In this document: positions 1-9,292 of the stretch, one piece after another
How positions within the stretch are numbered: position 1 is the stretch's first letter
How the letters are laid out: each line of letters starts with the position of its first letter
Assembly: GCA_964462215.1 (NCBI GenBank)
Contig: CAYWVZ010000001.1
Coordinates: 26,128-90,127 of the forward strand
Source of the DNA: an uncultured Candidatus Saccharibacteria bacterium
GTDB lineage: Bacteria > Patescibacteriota > Saccharimonadia > Saccharimonadales > JAUPVS01
Reading direction: 5' to 3'
Length of the DNA: 64,000 nt
Notes under the pieces: generated by a model
What the model saw: only the letters and a program-made list of their open reading frames with translations
Told to the model about the DNA's origin: nothing
Database searches by the model: none
Translations under genes and position numbers: made by a program

Positions 1-1121
1 TCCATATGGGTGACGTCGGATAGCCACAGTGTAGTGATGTCCGAGCCGGCCGCGCAGGCGTTAGCTATGTATAGGGCCGTGGTGTCTGGCAGGACGACTT
101 GGTCGGTGGTGCTTTCGGCAACCATTACCGGCTGATCGGCTGCTAGAACGGGGGCAGTTTGACGCCTGGCTTCGGCCTGCCAGTCCGGCACGTCGGCCGG
201 ATTAGCCGAGAAAAAGCGTTGTTTAAGATTGGTACGGATCAAACCGCCAAGGGCTGCTACCCCGATACAGCGGTTGGCAATTTTTTGGTAACTGCGTTGG
301 CCGGCCGGCGTGACGATTTCTTCGATTGACAGGTTGGGGTTAGCGCTGGGCCACGATATCACGACCTCGGGTCCGATTACCCAGTCGGCGGCGGAGTTAA
401 ATTGCTCGTTAAGCAGCGGCAGCAGTTCGGCGGCCGGAGCTGCGGCCACGGTACCGGCCAGCTGGAGCTCGGGTGCGTAGCTGGCTGCTTCGTGGGCGGT
501 AAACAGCGCCGACTGGCCACCTTGCGAATGGCCCCAGACGGCGAAGGTGCTGCCGGCCTGGGCTTCGCCGAGGGAGCGGGCGGCGCGGACGCTGTTGAGG
601 ACATCGTAGGCTTCGGCGCGGCCAACCAGATACTGTTGAATACCCGGCGTGCCCAGGCCGGCATAGTCGGTGGCTGTCACTACCCAGCCGTTTTTAAGCA
701 TTTCGCTCAGCCCCGGAACGTAATCGAGCGGGTTGGGCGTGCGGGTAGGCGCGCACTGCTCGCCCATTCCTAATGTACCGTGCGCCCAAGCCAAAATCGG
801 CCGGGGCGAGGTGGCCGGAGTACTTGGGATAAAGATCATGCCCGAAGAAAAAGTCGGGCTGCCGTTAGCCTGTTGAGTGCGGTACAAGACCCGCAAGCCG
901 GTACCGCCGTCTACTGACACGCCCAGCGGCTCTTGCCGGACAATCTCGCCCATCGGCCCGTCAAGCGGTAAACCGCTCGTCTGGTAAAATGGCTCCAGTT
1001 TTGCCTGCTGGCGGTCAACTCGAATTTTAGAAATGGCAATCATACCGAAGACGGTAAGGAAAAACAAAACGATAATTACAGCAATGCCAATCAGTAGGTA
1101 TTTTAGGTGTTTTCTAGCCAC
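1..1121 (-). CDS. secretory-lipase-family alpha/beta hydrolase (LIP-like) with N-terminal membrane anchor; C-terminus runs off the window
   Basis: Absent from the ORF track because it is open to the window edge. Manual translation from GTG at 1121 gives VARKHLKYLLIGIAVIIVLFFLTVFGMIA (TM), then TDYAGLGTPG and FAVWGHSQGGQSALF (GxSxG nucleophile elbow). Confidence 0.7.
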   Translation of the reverse strand, partial: MARKHLKYLLIGIAVIIVLFFLTVFGMIAISKIRVDRQQAKLEPFYQTSGLPLDGPMGEIVRQEPLGVSVDGGTGLRVLYRTQQANGSPTFSSGMIFIPSTPATSPRPILAWAHGTLGMGEQCAPTRTPNPLDYVPGLSEMLKNGWVVTATDYAGLGTPGIQQYLVGRAEAYDVLNSVRAARSLGEAQAGSTFAVWGHSQGGQSALFTAHEAASYAPELQLAGTVAAAPAAELLPLLNEQFNSAADWVIGPEVVISWPSANPNLSIEEIVTPAGQRSYQKIANRCIGVAALGGLIRTNLKQRFFSANPADVPDWQAEARRQTAPVLAADQPVMVAESTTDQVVLPDTTALYIANACAAGSDITTLWLSDVTHM

Positions 1122-1130
1122 GAGCCTATT

Positions 1131-1185
1131 GTACCATAAGCATAAACGTTCTATATCGCGGTGTCGTTACGGCTACTTATGGTAC
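1131..1185. repeat. perfect 10-bp inverted repeat GTACCATAAG / CTTATGGTAC with a 35-nt spacer, between two minus-strand genes
   Basis: Read directly at 1131-1140 and 1176-1185. Lies between the stop of the surface-protein gene (1200) and the lipase start (1121). Function unknown. Confidence 0.5.
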
Positions 1186-1199
1186 CGGCGACATACGTA

Positions 1200-3416
1200 C
1201 TAAATGGCGCTGAAGACTTTACGCGGTTTGAAGAACCTGGTTGCGCCGGCCAGTGATATAAGTGTCACGCCGCCGATTACTGCCAGGAGTATGGATTGCC
1301 CCGTGTTGGCCAGCAAGCCCCCGCCCTGGCTGGGGCCGACTACGCGCAACACGACACTGTCTTCTCCGGAAGCATCGATGATGTAGTGAATGGTAAATAC
1401 TGTGCCGTTGACACTAAAGCTGTCGCCGTCGGCCAGACCATCGAATTGGCCGTTGACCGTGTCTGCTCTTAGGATCGTGAAGCTATCCCCTGCGGCTGGC
1501 GTAAAACCAAGTGAAATGTCTAATTTGGCGTTGTTGAGTTCGGCGGTGCCGCCGACGACTACCTGGTCGTAGTCGGTACCAGCCGTGGTGCCGTTAATTT
1601 CCACTTCGAAGGCAGCCGGGCTGGCCGAGAGTGTTAGGTTGTCGGTGACGGTAATGATACCCGGTGAATCCCCGGGTGACAGTGCGCCGTGCAGCAACAG
1701 TACGCTGGCAACGGTGCCATTACCTTTCAAGGTGCCGCCATTAATGGCAACATTAACGCGTTCTGCGGTGTTGCCGTCGACCCGATAGGTTGTGTCATCC
1801 TCGATATCTATGGTGCCGGTAAAGCCGCTCAGTGACGTAAATTCACGAGTGCCGGAGCCAATCAGCCGCACCATGCCGTCACCGGCCACATCTGCCGCTA
1901 GCGTGTAGTTACTGCTACCGGCCAGCACGATAGTGCCGCCGCTTTCGACAGCCACGGTATTGCCGGCCGGGCCATAGGCGCTGGCCTGTCCGCTGGTTAC
2001 CGTGGTATCGGCGCTAACCGTAGTGTCGCCGACATACGTGTCGTCACCGGCTTTGATAACCGAGCCCCCTGCGTAGGTGACATTACCGGTGCCGCTGATG
2101 GGACTAAAAATCCAGAATTCACCAGCACCGCTGGCTGAACCGGCAAACACAATATCCCGACTATCCAAATTGACACCGCCGTTAAAGGCTATGGTAGCAT
2201 CAGCCGTACGACTGATGCTGACATTATCACCCACGACCGAAATCAGTCCGTCTATTTGCGCAGTACTGGTGCCGGTAGCCCCAAAGATAACGTTGTCATG
2301 CAGTTCGGTATCGTACGGATAGTTGACACCATCAAGCTGCAGTAAGGTTCCGAAAGTATTGTCATACACCGTCACGTCATTATCGGCATCGCCAAACGCA
2401 GTACTGCTGCCCAGGACTACATTGCCGGCTACAGTTACGTTGCCCGAAAAGGTATTGTCGCCGTTAACAAAAATCCCGCCGGGTCCCAGGCTCAGGTTAC
2501 CGGTGCCGTCAATATCACTGTTAATGGTAATGGTCATGCCAGCCGAGCCCTGCGTGCCGATACCCTGTGTGCCGCCGTCAAGCGTGATTGGGCCCTCCAA
2601 AATAATATCGGAGCCGGCGCTATTGTTGTATATACAGTCGTCAGCGCCGGTGACACTGCAAGTAACCGGGTTGTTCAGTGTGAAGTCGTTATGCACCAGC
2701 AGTGTACTGGTGCCCTCAACCGCCAGCGGGTTGCTGTTGTTACCAAGGCAGTCACTGGCACCGCAGAAAAGTGCCGAATTATTCAGCATGGTAATGGCGT
2801 CGGCCACGGTGAAGTTAGAAGCTCCGCCGAAACTGACCTGGCTATCATTGATAGTAATGCTTCCGGTGCTGCCGCTGGTGTCGCCCAGGCCGACAATACC
2901 GCCAACGATAATTACCTCACCATCATTAGCTGTTGCCAGGGAGATGGTACCGTTTAGCAAAAGATTACCGAAATTAGTGGTGGTATGACTAATCACAAAG
3001 TCATCGGAACTGCCCGAGCCATTAGGCCCGAACGTCAGATTATTGGCAATAGTCGTACTGAGCCCGCCGGTGTTGTCGGCCTCAATACCATCGGTGATAG
3101 TGAAAGCGTTGCCGGATATGTTGTAGTCGTCAAACACGGATAAGATAACGATACTCAGGTTGTCGAGGTCGTTTGTGTTGGTCTTACGATCTGCCACAGA
3201 GGGGAACACCAGCTCGTCACCGTTAGTCGGTGCGCCGTCGGCACAATCGTTCCAGTTTTCAACGGTTGACCAGTTGCTGTCAGCACCGTTGCCCGTCCAG
3301 ACGCAGACGTTGCCCAGCGCGGCCACCTGCCCCGCCGGAATAATTACTAAAAGGCCGCTGACTGCCAGCATGAGTGCCGCTGCACTTTGCCAAAATGCGG
3401 ATAGTTTTCGTTTCAT
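1200..3416 (-). CDS. large secreted beta-helical repeat surface protein with a C-terminal LANTG sortase-type anchor
   Basis: ATG at 3416 is preceded by AGGAGG. Signal/TM MKRKLSAFWQSAAALMLAVSGLLVIIPA. Gly/Asn/Thr-rich autotransporter-type beta-strand repeats (GTGNLSLGPGGIFVNGDNTFSGNVTVAG). C-terminus is LANTG + hydrophobic stretch + RFFKPRK tail. Confidence 0.75.
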   Translation of the reverse strand: MKRKLSAFWQSAAALMLAVSGLLVIIPAGQVAALGNVCVWTGNGADSNWSTVENWNDCADGAPTNGDELVFPSVADRKTNTNDLDNLSIVILSVFDDYNISGNAFTITDGIEADNTGGLSTTIANNLTFGPNGSGSSDDFVISHTTTNFGNLLLNGTISLATANDGEVIIVGGIVGLGDTSGSTGSITINDSQVSFGGASNFTVADAITMLNNSALFCGASDCLGNNSNPLAVEGTSTLLVHNDFTLNNPVTCSVTGADDCIYNNSAGSDIILEGPITLDGGTQGIGTQGSAGMTITINSDIDGTGNLSLGPGGIFVNGDNTFSGNVTVAGNVVLGSSTAFGDADNDVTVYDNTFGTLLQLDGVNYPYDTELHDNVIFGATGTSTAQIDGLISVVGDNVSISRTADATIAFNGGVNLDSRDIVFAGSASGAGEFWIFSPISGTGNVTYAGGSVIKAGDDTYVGDTTVSADTTVTSGQASAYGPAGNTVAVESGGTIVLAGSSNYTLAADVAGDGMVRLIGSGTREFTSLSGFTGTIDIEDDTTYRVDGNTAERVNVAINGGTLKGNGTVASVLLLHGALSPGDSPGIITVTDNLTLSASPAAFEVEINGTTAGTDYDQVVVGGTAELNNAKLDISLGFTPAAGDSFTILRADTVNGQFDGLADGDSFSVNGTVFTIHYIIDASGEDSVVLRVVGPSQGGGLLANTGQSILLAVIGGVTLISLAGATRFFKPRKVFSAI

Positions 3417-3552
3417 AACCCCTCCTAAAATGTGGTTTTCACAATGCCTATGCTTAGAATATAGCATTTCCTGGCCGCACACGCTAATTTTCTCAAATTA
3501 CCACTAGCGGCTTCCCTGCCGCCGCCTTATTTGCTATACTAATACGCATACT

Positions 3553-3693
3553 ATGGTAAAGAAGGTAACAAAAAAGAATCCCAAACAAGAGCCGTTGACC
3601 TGGAAGAAAGCTATAGGCTATGCCCTGTTGCTCATCGCCATATTTTTGGTGGCGTACACGGTAACCCGCTTCTTGCTTTTGCGTATCGGCTGA
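3553..3693 (+). CDS. possible 46-aa single-TM peptide
   Basis: Manual ORF MVKKVTKKNPKQEPLTWKKAIGYALLLIAIFLVAYTVTRFLLLRIG. No family signal; the overlapping 93-aa minus ORF looks non-coding. Confidence 0.3.
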   Translation: MVKKVTKKNPKQEPLTWKKAIGYALLLIAIFLVAYTVTRFLLLRIG

Positions 3694-3698
3694 ACGTA

Positions 3699-4121
3699 CT
3701 ACCGGGCAGGGCCGATGTCGACCATCCAGTTGACGCCGAATTTGTCGGTGAGCATACCGAATGTGTCGCCCCACGGCGCTTTTTCCAGCGGCACGGTGAT
3801 TTTGCCGTCCTTGATGAGCTTGTCCCAGTAGCCGCGTAATGTGGTCTCGTCGTCGCCGTTGAGCGTCAGCGTGATCCGTGCTCCTTTATTAAATGGCATA
3901 CCTTTTGGTGTGTCGGCGGCCATGAGTTCGATGCCATTGTCGCCCTTAAGATAGGCGTGCATGATTTTGTCTTTATCTTCATCGGCAACCGGCATGTCCG
4001 CAGATGCGAAGCTGGCGAACGTGTCCATAAAAACCTCGCCGCCAAAGATGGATTTATAAAACTCCATGGCTTCCTTGGCGTTGTCGTCAAAATTGATATA
4101 GCTGTTAAGTTTTACGGTCAT
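3699..4121 (-). CDS. VOC-superfamily protein (PhnB/YjdN-like, 3-demethylubiquinone-9 3-methyltransferase-domain fold)
   Basis: 140 aa. N-terminal YINFDDNAKEAMEFYKSIFGG and C-terminal APWGDTFGMLTDKFGVNWMV are typical of this family. Confidence 0.7.
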   Translation of the reverse strand: MTVKLNSYINFDDNAKEAMEFYKSIFGGEVFMDTFASFASADMPVADEDKDKIMHAYLKGDNGIELMAADTPKGMPFNKGARITLTLNGDDETTLRGYWDKLIKDGKITVPLEKAPWGDTFGMLTDKFGVNWMVDIGPAR

Positions 4122-4134
4122 AGTTCCTCCTTAT

Positions 4135-4596
4135 TTAAAAATCCGTGATGACGATTTTATGCATTTGCATCATTTTGGCGTAAGCACCGGGTTTTTTCAT
4201 CAGTTCTTCCATATTTTCGGGCACGATTTGCCAGCTTACGCCGTATTTGTCTTTACACCAGCCGCACTGCTCGGCTTCCGGCACGCTGGAGAGTTTTTCC
4301 CAGAAGTAGTCGATCTCGGCCTGGTCTTTGCAAGTGACCGCAAACGAAACTGCTTCGCTAAACGTGAATTCCGGCCCGGCGTTAATGGCCGTAAAGCGCA
4401 AGCCGCCAAGTTCAAAATCTATGGTCAGCACCTTGCCGGCCATGTCGAGCTGGAAATCGGCCAGGCCTTCCTCAGCGCTGTTTGGGTAGTGAAGCGTAGA
4501 AATTATCTTGCTGTCCGGAAAAACCGACACATAATAGTCGACCGCCTCCTTGGCATTGCCGTCGAACCACAGATTTGGTGTAATTTTTTGCGCCAT
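4135..4596 (-). CDS. VOC-superfamily protein (PhnB-like), paralogous type to the neighbouring gene
   Basis: 153 aa. ITPNLWFDGNAKEAVDYYVSVF ... CGWCKDKYGVSWQIVP are hallmark motifs. Confidence 0.75.
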   Translation of the reverse strand: MAQKITPNLWFDGNAKEAVDYYVSVFPDSKIISTLHYPNSAEEGLADFQLDMAGKVLTIDFELGGLRFTAINAGPEFTFSEAVSFAVTCKDQAEIDYFWEKLSSVPEAEQCGWCKDKYGVSWQIVPENMEELMKKPGAYAKMMQMHKIVITDF

Positions 4597-4600
4597 AGCA

Positions 4601-4792
4601 CTACTTACCGTTCAAGTATTTACCGGCAACACTCAGCGCGAACGATGGCAATATGACAAAAACGGTTACGAACAACAGTTTGTGTAAGATTGAGTTTTCA
4701 TTGTCGTTAGATGAGGTGAGCACTGTCAAAATGCCCAAGACACCAAAGACAACTGACGCACCGATAAATATTTTGGTGGCTATCTTCTGCAT
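4601..4792 (-). CDS. small two-TM membrane protein
   Basis: 63 aa with two hydrophobic helices. Sits 5 nt upstream of the VOC gene on the same strand. Confidence 0.45.
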   Translation of the reverse strand: MQKIATKIFIGASVVFGVLGILTVLTSSNDNENSILHKLLFVTVFVILPSFALSVAGKYLNGK

Positions 4793-4897
4793 GGTTCCAT
4801 TATAGCAGAGGTTCGGCTTTCCATAGTAACGGAGGCTAGAACCACGATACAGTGGCGTTCCTTGATAGAAGAATGGTAGCTGGGGTAAGATATATGT

Positions 4898-5221
4898 ATG
4901 ACCAAAGAAGAACTAGCTGGCGGCACGGTGCACACAATGCCGGTAGACCTGCGAAAAGCCCTTACTGCTGCCCCGGCCGCCCGAACGGCCTGGGCCAGCC
5001 TGACGCCGCTGGCTCGTAATGAGTGGATTTGCTGGACTATTACCGTTAAACAAGCGGAAACCAGGAAAAACCACATCAAGCGGACGGTCACGGAGTTGCA
5101 AGAAGGCAAACGCCGCCCCTGCTGCTGGATCGGCTGCATCCACCGCACGGACAAGCCGATAAGCCCGTCGGTGCAAGGGGTGCTCGACAGACAATCCGCG
5201 AGCAGCCTGATTGGCGATTGA
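4898..5221 (+). CDS. YdeI/OmpD-associated family protein
   Basis: 107 aa. DLRKALTAAPAARTAWASLTPLARNEWICWI..VKQAETRKNHIKRTV matches the family pattern. The overlapping 166-aa minus ORF is rejected. Confidence 0.65.
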   Translation: MTKEELAGGTVHTMPVDLRKALTAAPAARTAWASLTPLARNEWICWTITVKQAETRKNHIKRTVTELQEGKRRPCCWIGCIHRTDKPISPSVQGVLDRQSASSLIGD

Positions 5222-5285
5222 CGCAGACTGGCTACCGGCTCGACCGGATTGCCAAGGAAATCTGGAGAACTGTTTTTCACCTGGA

Positions 5286-5816
5286 TTATCTTTCTGAATC
5301 GTCTTTTGGGTAGGTTAGCTTTGTGCCGTCAACGACCGCAAACGATGTCAACGTATGGTCCTTTGTGCTCGTTTCGCTCATGATGTCGCGAACTCTGACA
5401 TCGCGGACCAGCAGCGCATCGCCGACCAGCGAACGGTGGCATCTCCATGGCACCGCTTCGGCACACATAATTACGGTTGGTGTTTCTGCAGCAAGCTTTA
5501 CGAGCGTGTCGATTCCGTTTGCGAACTCTGGGGATTGCATATAGTCGGCATAGTTCCGGAACGATTCATTGTGCCACCCTAGATTTAATGAGTTTTTAAC
5601 TTTTGGCCGCAGGCCGCCCAGCTCTTTCATGTATACGTAGTCGATGCCATGACTTGGCAATGACTTTTCGAGCGCCGTCCGCTCAAACTGCGGATTATGG
5701 CGCGACCGGGGAACGGTGCGAATATCTACTAGTCGTTTCACCCCGTTTATCTTTAATAACTCGATAAATTCCTCGATGGATCGAGTGGAATGTCCAATCG
5801 TGAATATTTCGGCCAT
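5286..5816 (-). CDS. DUF488 family protein
   Basis: Start moved to ATG 5816 (MAEIFTIGHSTRSIEEFIELL). VDIRTVPRSRHNPQF and VIMCAEAVPWRCHRSLV are DUF488 signatures. Confidence 0.75.
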   Translation of the reverse strand: MAEIFTIGHSTRSIEEFIELLKINGVKRLVDIRTVPRSRHNPQFERTALEKSLPSHGIDYVYMKELGGLRPKVKNSLNLGWHNESFRNYADYMQSPEFANGIDTLVKLAAETPTVIMCAEAVPWRCHRSLVGDALLVRDVRVRDIMSETSTKDHTLTSFAVVDGTKLTYPKDDSER

Positions 5817-6008
5817 AACCCTATTATACCCTCGTACCGTCTCTTTGTTGTTTATGCTACCATGAGCAATAATGGCAACAGCACTAAAAGCCAACAAAAA
5901 CCCCAAACACTTGCTTATTACCTTGCTCGGCTTGGCAATCTGCCGATTATGTTGCCGGCTTTGGGGATAGTTGTGCAGAGCTAGTCTCGAGAATTATAAC
6001 AAAGGGTG

Positions 6009-6054
6009 GAGCTAGGAACCCGGTCAGGGTTTTTGACTGCTTGGTCTGGCTCCA
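6009..6054 (-). repeat. att-like repeat copy 1 (distal island boundary): degenerate hairpin + TGCTTGGTCTGGCTCC
   Basis: GGAGCTAGGAACCCGGTCAGGGTTTTTGACTGCTTGGTCTGGCTCC, followed by a T-arm-like remnant GGTCTTGAACCC. Confidence 0.8.
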
Positions 6055-6109
6055 CCTGTCGGTCTTGAACCCGTGATTTTTTAGTATAGTTTAGTATAAT
6101 AGTTGTTGT

Positions 6110-6844
6110 ATGAAGATTATGTCCCTTAATGTGTGGCAAGGACGCTTAGAACGAGTCTTACTTAAACACTTAGAGACTTTGAATCTAGATTTTGCATGCA
6201 TGCAAGAAGCCATTGATTATGACGGCTTCTCTTTAGGTCTGGTAAGTTCGTACCAGAAGATTGGAGACAGCCTCAGACTGGATCAGCAATTCTTTTCCCC
6301 GTTGTTAGCGACAAAACTGGGAAATAAGCAAATGACGTTCGGAAACGCGACGTACTCTCGCCTTCCGTTTTCTCAAACAAGCACCGTCTTTACACGAGGC
6401 GAGCATACAGATGATTTCGATTTCGATACAGATGACTACAATATCCGCGCATTCCAGCATGCATTGATTGAGGTTGGCGATAAAAAACTAAACATCTTGA
6501 ACCATCATGGACACCACATCGATTCACACAAGCTGGGCGATGAAGAGACCGCACGCCAAGTCACGCAGATCGCTGGCTACATAAAACAACTGGACGGAGC
6601 GGTGATTCTTTGCGGTGACTTTAATCTCGCGCCGGAAAGTGAATCAATTAAGCTACTTGACAGCTTCTTGCATAACCTTCCGGTAGAGCGTTCACTTGAA
6701 ACGACCCGCTCCAGACTGACGTACAAAAATGAGGTGTGCGATTATATCTTTGTAAATGATGAAATCCACGTCAATGACTTTTCAATGGATGAGACGATCA
6801 TTTCCGATCACAACGCACTCATCCTAGATTTTGAAGTTAAGTAA
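6110..6844 (+). CDS. endonuclease/exonuclease/phosphatase (EEP) family protein
   Basis: 244 aa. MSLNVWQG ... FACMQE ... ILCGDFN ... SDHNALILDF is the canonical EEP motif order. Confidence 0.75.
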   Translation: MKIMSLNVWQGRLERVLLKHLETLNLDFACMQEAIDYDGFSLGLVSSYQKIGDSLRLDQQFFSPLLATKLGNKQMTFGNATYSRLPFSQTSTVFTRGEHTDDFDFDTDDYNIRAFQHALIEVGDKKLNILNHHGHHIDSHKLGDEETARQVTQIAGYIKQLDGAVILCGDFNLAPESESIKLLDSFLHNLPVERSLETTRSRLTYKNEVCDYIFVNDEIHVNDFSMDETIISDHNALILDFEVK

Positions 6845-6864
6845 CCCAGTACTTAACTAAAGGG

Positions 6865-6913
6865 GATCGGCCTAGGAACACGGCCTACCTTTTTGACTGC
6901 TTGGTCTGGCTCC
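6865..6913 (-). repeat. att-like repeat copy 2
   Basis: GATCGGCCTAGGAACACGGCCTACCTTTTTGACTGCTTGGTCTGGCTCC. The 24 nt TTTTTGACTGCTTGGTCTGGCTCC are identical to copies 1 and 4. Confidence 0.85.
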
Positions 6914-7022
6914 GCATACCGGTCATGAACCCTGAGGCGCTTAAGCAGCTGACTCAATACATGGATTGTTTGATAGAAATGGACCTACATGCAAAACGTA
7001 TCGCAACAGAGATAAGTGCGAC

Positions 7023-7055
7023 AAATGAGACACTACTATAGGGTGTCTCATTTTT
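7023..7055. terminator. 11-bp perfect hairpin AAATGAGACAC / GTGTCTCATTT flanked by A/T runs (bidirectional terminator-like)
   Basis: Read directly; 9-nt loop, followed by T5. No obvious upstream gene apart from the EEP gene 180 nt away. Confidence 0.5.
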
Positions 7056-7116
7056 GCTAACTAAAGGAAATGATCACTTAACAAGTATTTGTTCGCTGGG
7101 GTGTATAATTCTGACT

Positions 7117-7635
7117 ATGAAACCAAAAAGTGACCCAGGCAGCCTAAGGAGTGGCCTAGTTGTCGGACAAATTCAGCTCACCTTTTTGTTGGCACTGATT
7201 TTTGTGGTGTCATACGTTCTATTCAATTTAGGTAACGAGCAGACAACATTAACATTTATACAATGGTATTTGGGAATATTCATGCTTGCTTTTGCGGCTA
7301 TCAAACTGCTGGATTATAGAATGTTTGTATTAACGTTTTCTACTTATGACTTTGTGGCCAAGCGAGCAAAAGTGTACGCGCGGATATATCCCTTTATTCT
7401 ATTAGGGCTTTCCGGAATGTATCTTATCGACATACTCCCACATTTTCGTAACATCACTACTCTCATTGTCGGCTTAGTTGCCAGCATTGGGGTAATTAAA
7501 GATGTGTATATACAGCGAAACCAGCTATCCTGTGGAATACTCGGAAGAGTCATAAAGATGCCTTTTACCACGATGAGCTTAATAGAATGTGCAGCCTTAA
7601 TTAGCTTGTCAGTTCTGAGCCTGGTATTGATGTAA
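7117..7635 (+). CDS. integral membrane protein (4-5 TM), family unclear (possibly MauE/DoxX-like)
   Basis: ATG 7117 chosen over TTG 7054. Multiple hydrophobic helices. TATAAT at 7104-7109 sits immediately upstream. Confidence 0.5.
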   Translation: MKPKSDPGSLRSGLVVGQIQLTFLLALIFVVSYVLFNLGNEQTTLTFIQWYLGIFMLAFAAIKLLDYRMFVLTFSTYDFVAKRAKVYARIYPFILLGLSGMYLIDILPHFRNITTLIVGLVASIGVIKDVYIQRNQLSCGILGRVIKMPFTTMSLIECAALISLSVLSLVLM

Positions 7636-7906
7636 TATATGCATTTTCGATCTGTTTTATACTATTTTTCACTACTTGTGACATTTACAAAGTAATGGCT
7701 TTTGACACCAGCAATTTGCTGTGCTTAACTGCACATATCAACTAGCGTATAATCCACGGAGATTTAGCCGTTTCGCAGTTGACCATTAAGGCGTATTAGC
7801 CAAGATTAAACTAATTTAATTTTGGCAAGGCGTGGTCAACAGCAAGCGGTATTTTTATTTGCCACGAGTCTGGTCATACCCTTGCCTGCAAAAAGGAGCT
7901 GCCGCT

Positions 7907-9292
7907 ATGGCGACAAATACGCACGAGTTAAAAATAAAAATGGTAAATATAAAAGAACTAAAGAGCTCAGAATACAACCCACGCAAATGGAGTGACTCGG
8001 CAACTGAGCAACTAACCGAAAGCATCATGCGTTTTGGCATGGTAGATCCGATTCTCTGCAACCAAGCACCAAGACGAGAGAATGTAGTAATTGGTGGTCA
8101 CTTTAGGCTCAAGGTAGCTAAAGAGCTGGGCTACACCGAGGTGCCGGTAGCATACGTCAACATCCCAGACCTTGCCAAAGAAAAAGAGCTGAACCTACGT
8201 CTTAATAAGAACTTGGGTGAATGGGACTTTGCCCTACTCAAAGACTTTGACGAATCCATACTGGACGATGTAGGATTTTCCAGCGAGGAGATTGATGACA
8301 TCTTTGAGATCGAGGATGACGAGGAGCAAAGTAATTACAGCCTGAAGAAGGAGCTAAACAAGCTAGGCATCACCAAAATTGAACTGCAAAAAGGCGATGT
8401 ATTCCAGCTCGGCGATTCACGGCTAATGGTCGGTGACAGCACTATTGAAGCAGACATGCTGAAACTCATGAACGGCGAGAAAGCTGATCTATGTCTGACA
8501 GACCCTCCATATATACTTGATTACTTGCACGCCAAGCGGCACGGCAAGCCCACGACTGGCTTCGGCTCAAAGCGAAACCGGCGTTATCTCGAAACTGACG
8601 TGCTACCCGACAACTTTACTGAGTTATGGATGGGTAATATCGCTAGTGTCGCCAAGTCGGACTTCAGCATCATCTGCTACGAGAACTGGAAGAATATGCG
8701 CACCATATGGAACGAGATGGAGAAACACTGGAAGATTAAAAACATGATCATATGGCACTTGCCTAACCGCAACCAAGGATTTGCTGCTAAGTACAAGTTT
8801 TTTAGTAAATACGACATCGCTATGGTTGGAGCCTCGGGCGAAGTCCCCTACAACCTTGATGAGGAAGAAAGCGGTCTCCAGGAGACCTACGAGTCCGCCC
8901 TTTTCGCTACATCGGGTCGCCCCCAGTGGGAAGGTTACGAAAAAGGCAAAAAGTACTTACCGACTGACTTTATTGACTTCAATGCCGCCGATGAACAAAG
9001 TTCAGGACAAGCTGTCATATTCGGCGTAAAACCTCTGGAGATACTAATCCCGTACATTAAGGTGCTAACGAAGCGTGGTGACTTGGTGGTCGAACCTTTC
9101 TGTGGCTCGGGCAGTACGCTTATTGCCTCCACCAAGCTAAACCGCAGGTGCTATATCATGGAGAAATCTCCAGTCTATGCCGAGATAGCCATTCGAAGGT
9201 GGGAAAAAGAAACAGGGTTAAAGAGGAAGCGGATCCATGAGGGCAAAGACCAAAAAGCAGAAACGACAGCTGCTGAACGAACTGGTAAATAA
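7907..9292 (+). CDS. ParB-like N-terminal domain fused to a beta-class N4/N6 DNA methyltransferase (orphan)
   Basis: ATG 7907 follows AAGGAG. SEYNPRKW ... GGHFRL (ParB-N). LCLTDPPYILDY (motif IV) lies upstream of EPFCGSGST (motif I). No restriction partner is adjacent. Confidence 0.8.
   Translation: MATNTHELKIKMVNIKELKSSEYNPRKWSDSATEQLTESIMRFGMVDPILCNQAPRRENVVIGGHFRLKVAKELGYTEVPVAYVNIPDLAKEKELNLRLNKNLGEWDFALLKDFDESILDDVGFSSEEIDDIFEIEDDEEQSNYSLKKELNKLGITKIELQKGDVFQLGDSRLMVGDSTIEADMLKLMNGEKADLCLTDPPYILDYLHAKRHGKPTTGFGSKRNRRYLETDVLPDNFTELWMGNIASVAKSDFSIICYENWKNMRTIWNEMEKHWKIKNMIIWHLPNRNQGFAAKYKFFSKYDIAMVGASGEVPYNLDEEESGLQETYESALFATSGRPQWEGYEKGKKYLPTDFIDFNAADEQSSGQAVIFGVKPLEILIPYIKVLTKRGDLVVEPFCGSGSTLIASTKLNRRCYIMEKSPVYAEIAIRRWEKETGLKRKRIHEGKDQKAETTAAERTGK

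Noticed and set aside
2323-2988. 221-aa plus-strand ORF (and others at 1204-3507) opposite the surface-protein gene.
   Set aside because: They are antisense to a 738-aa ORF that has a signal peptide, an RBS and a sortase motif. Their own translations are Pro/Ser/Leu-rich with no start context.
4780-5280. 166-aa minus-strand ORF overlapping the YdeI-like gene.
   Set aside because: The plus-strand 107-aa product has a recognisable family pattern. The minus ORF is Arg/Ser/Ala-rich, has no RBS, and would overlap the neighbouring small membrane gene.
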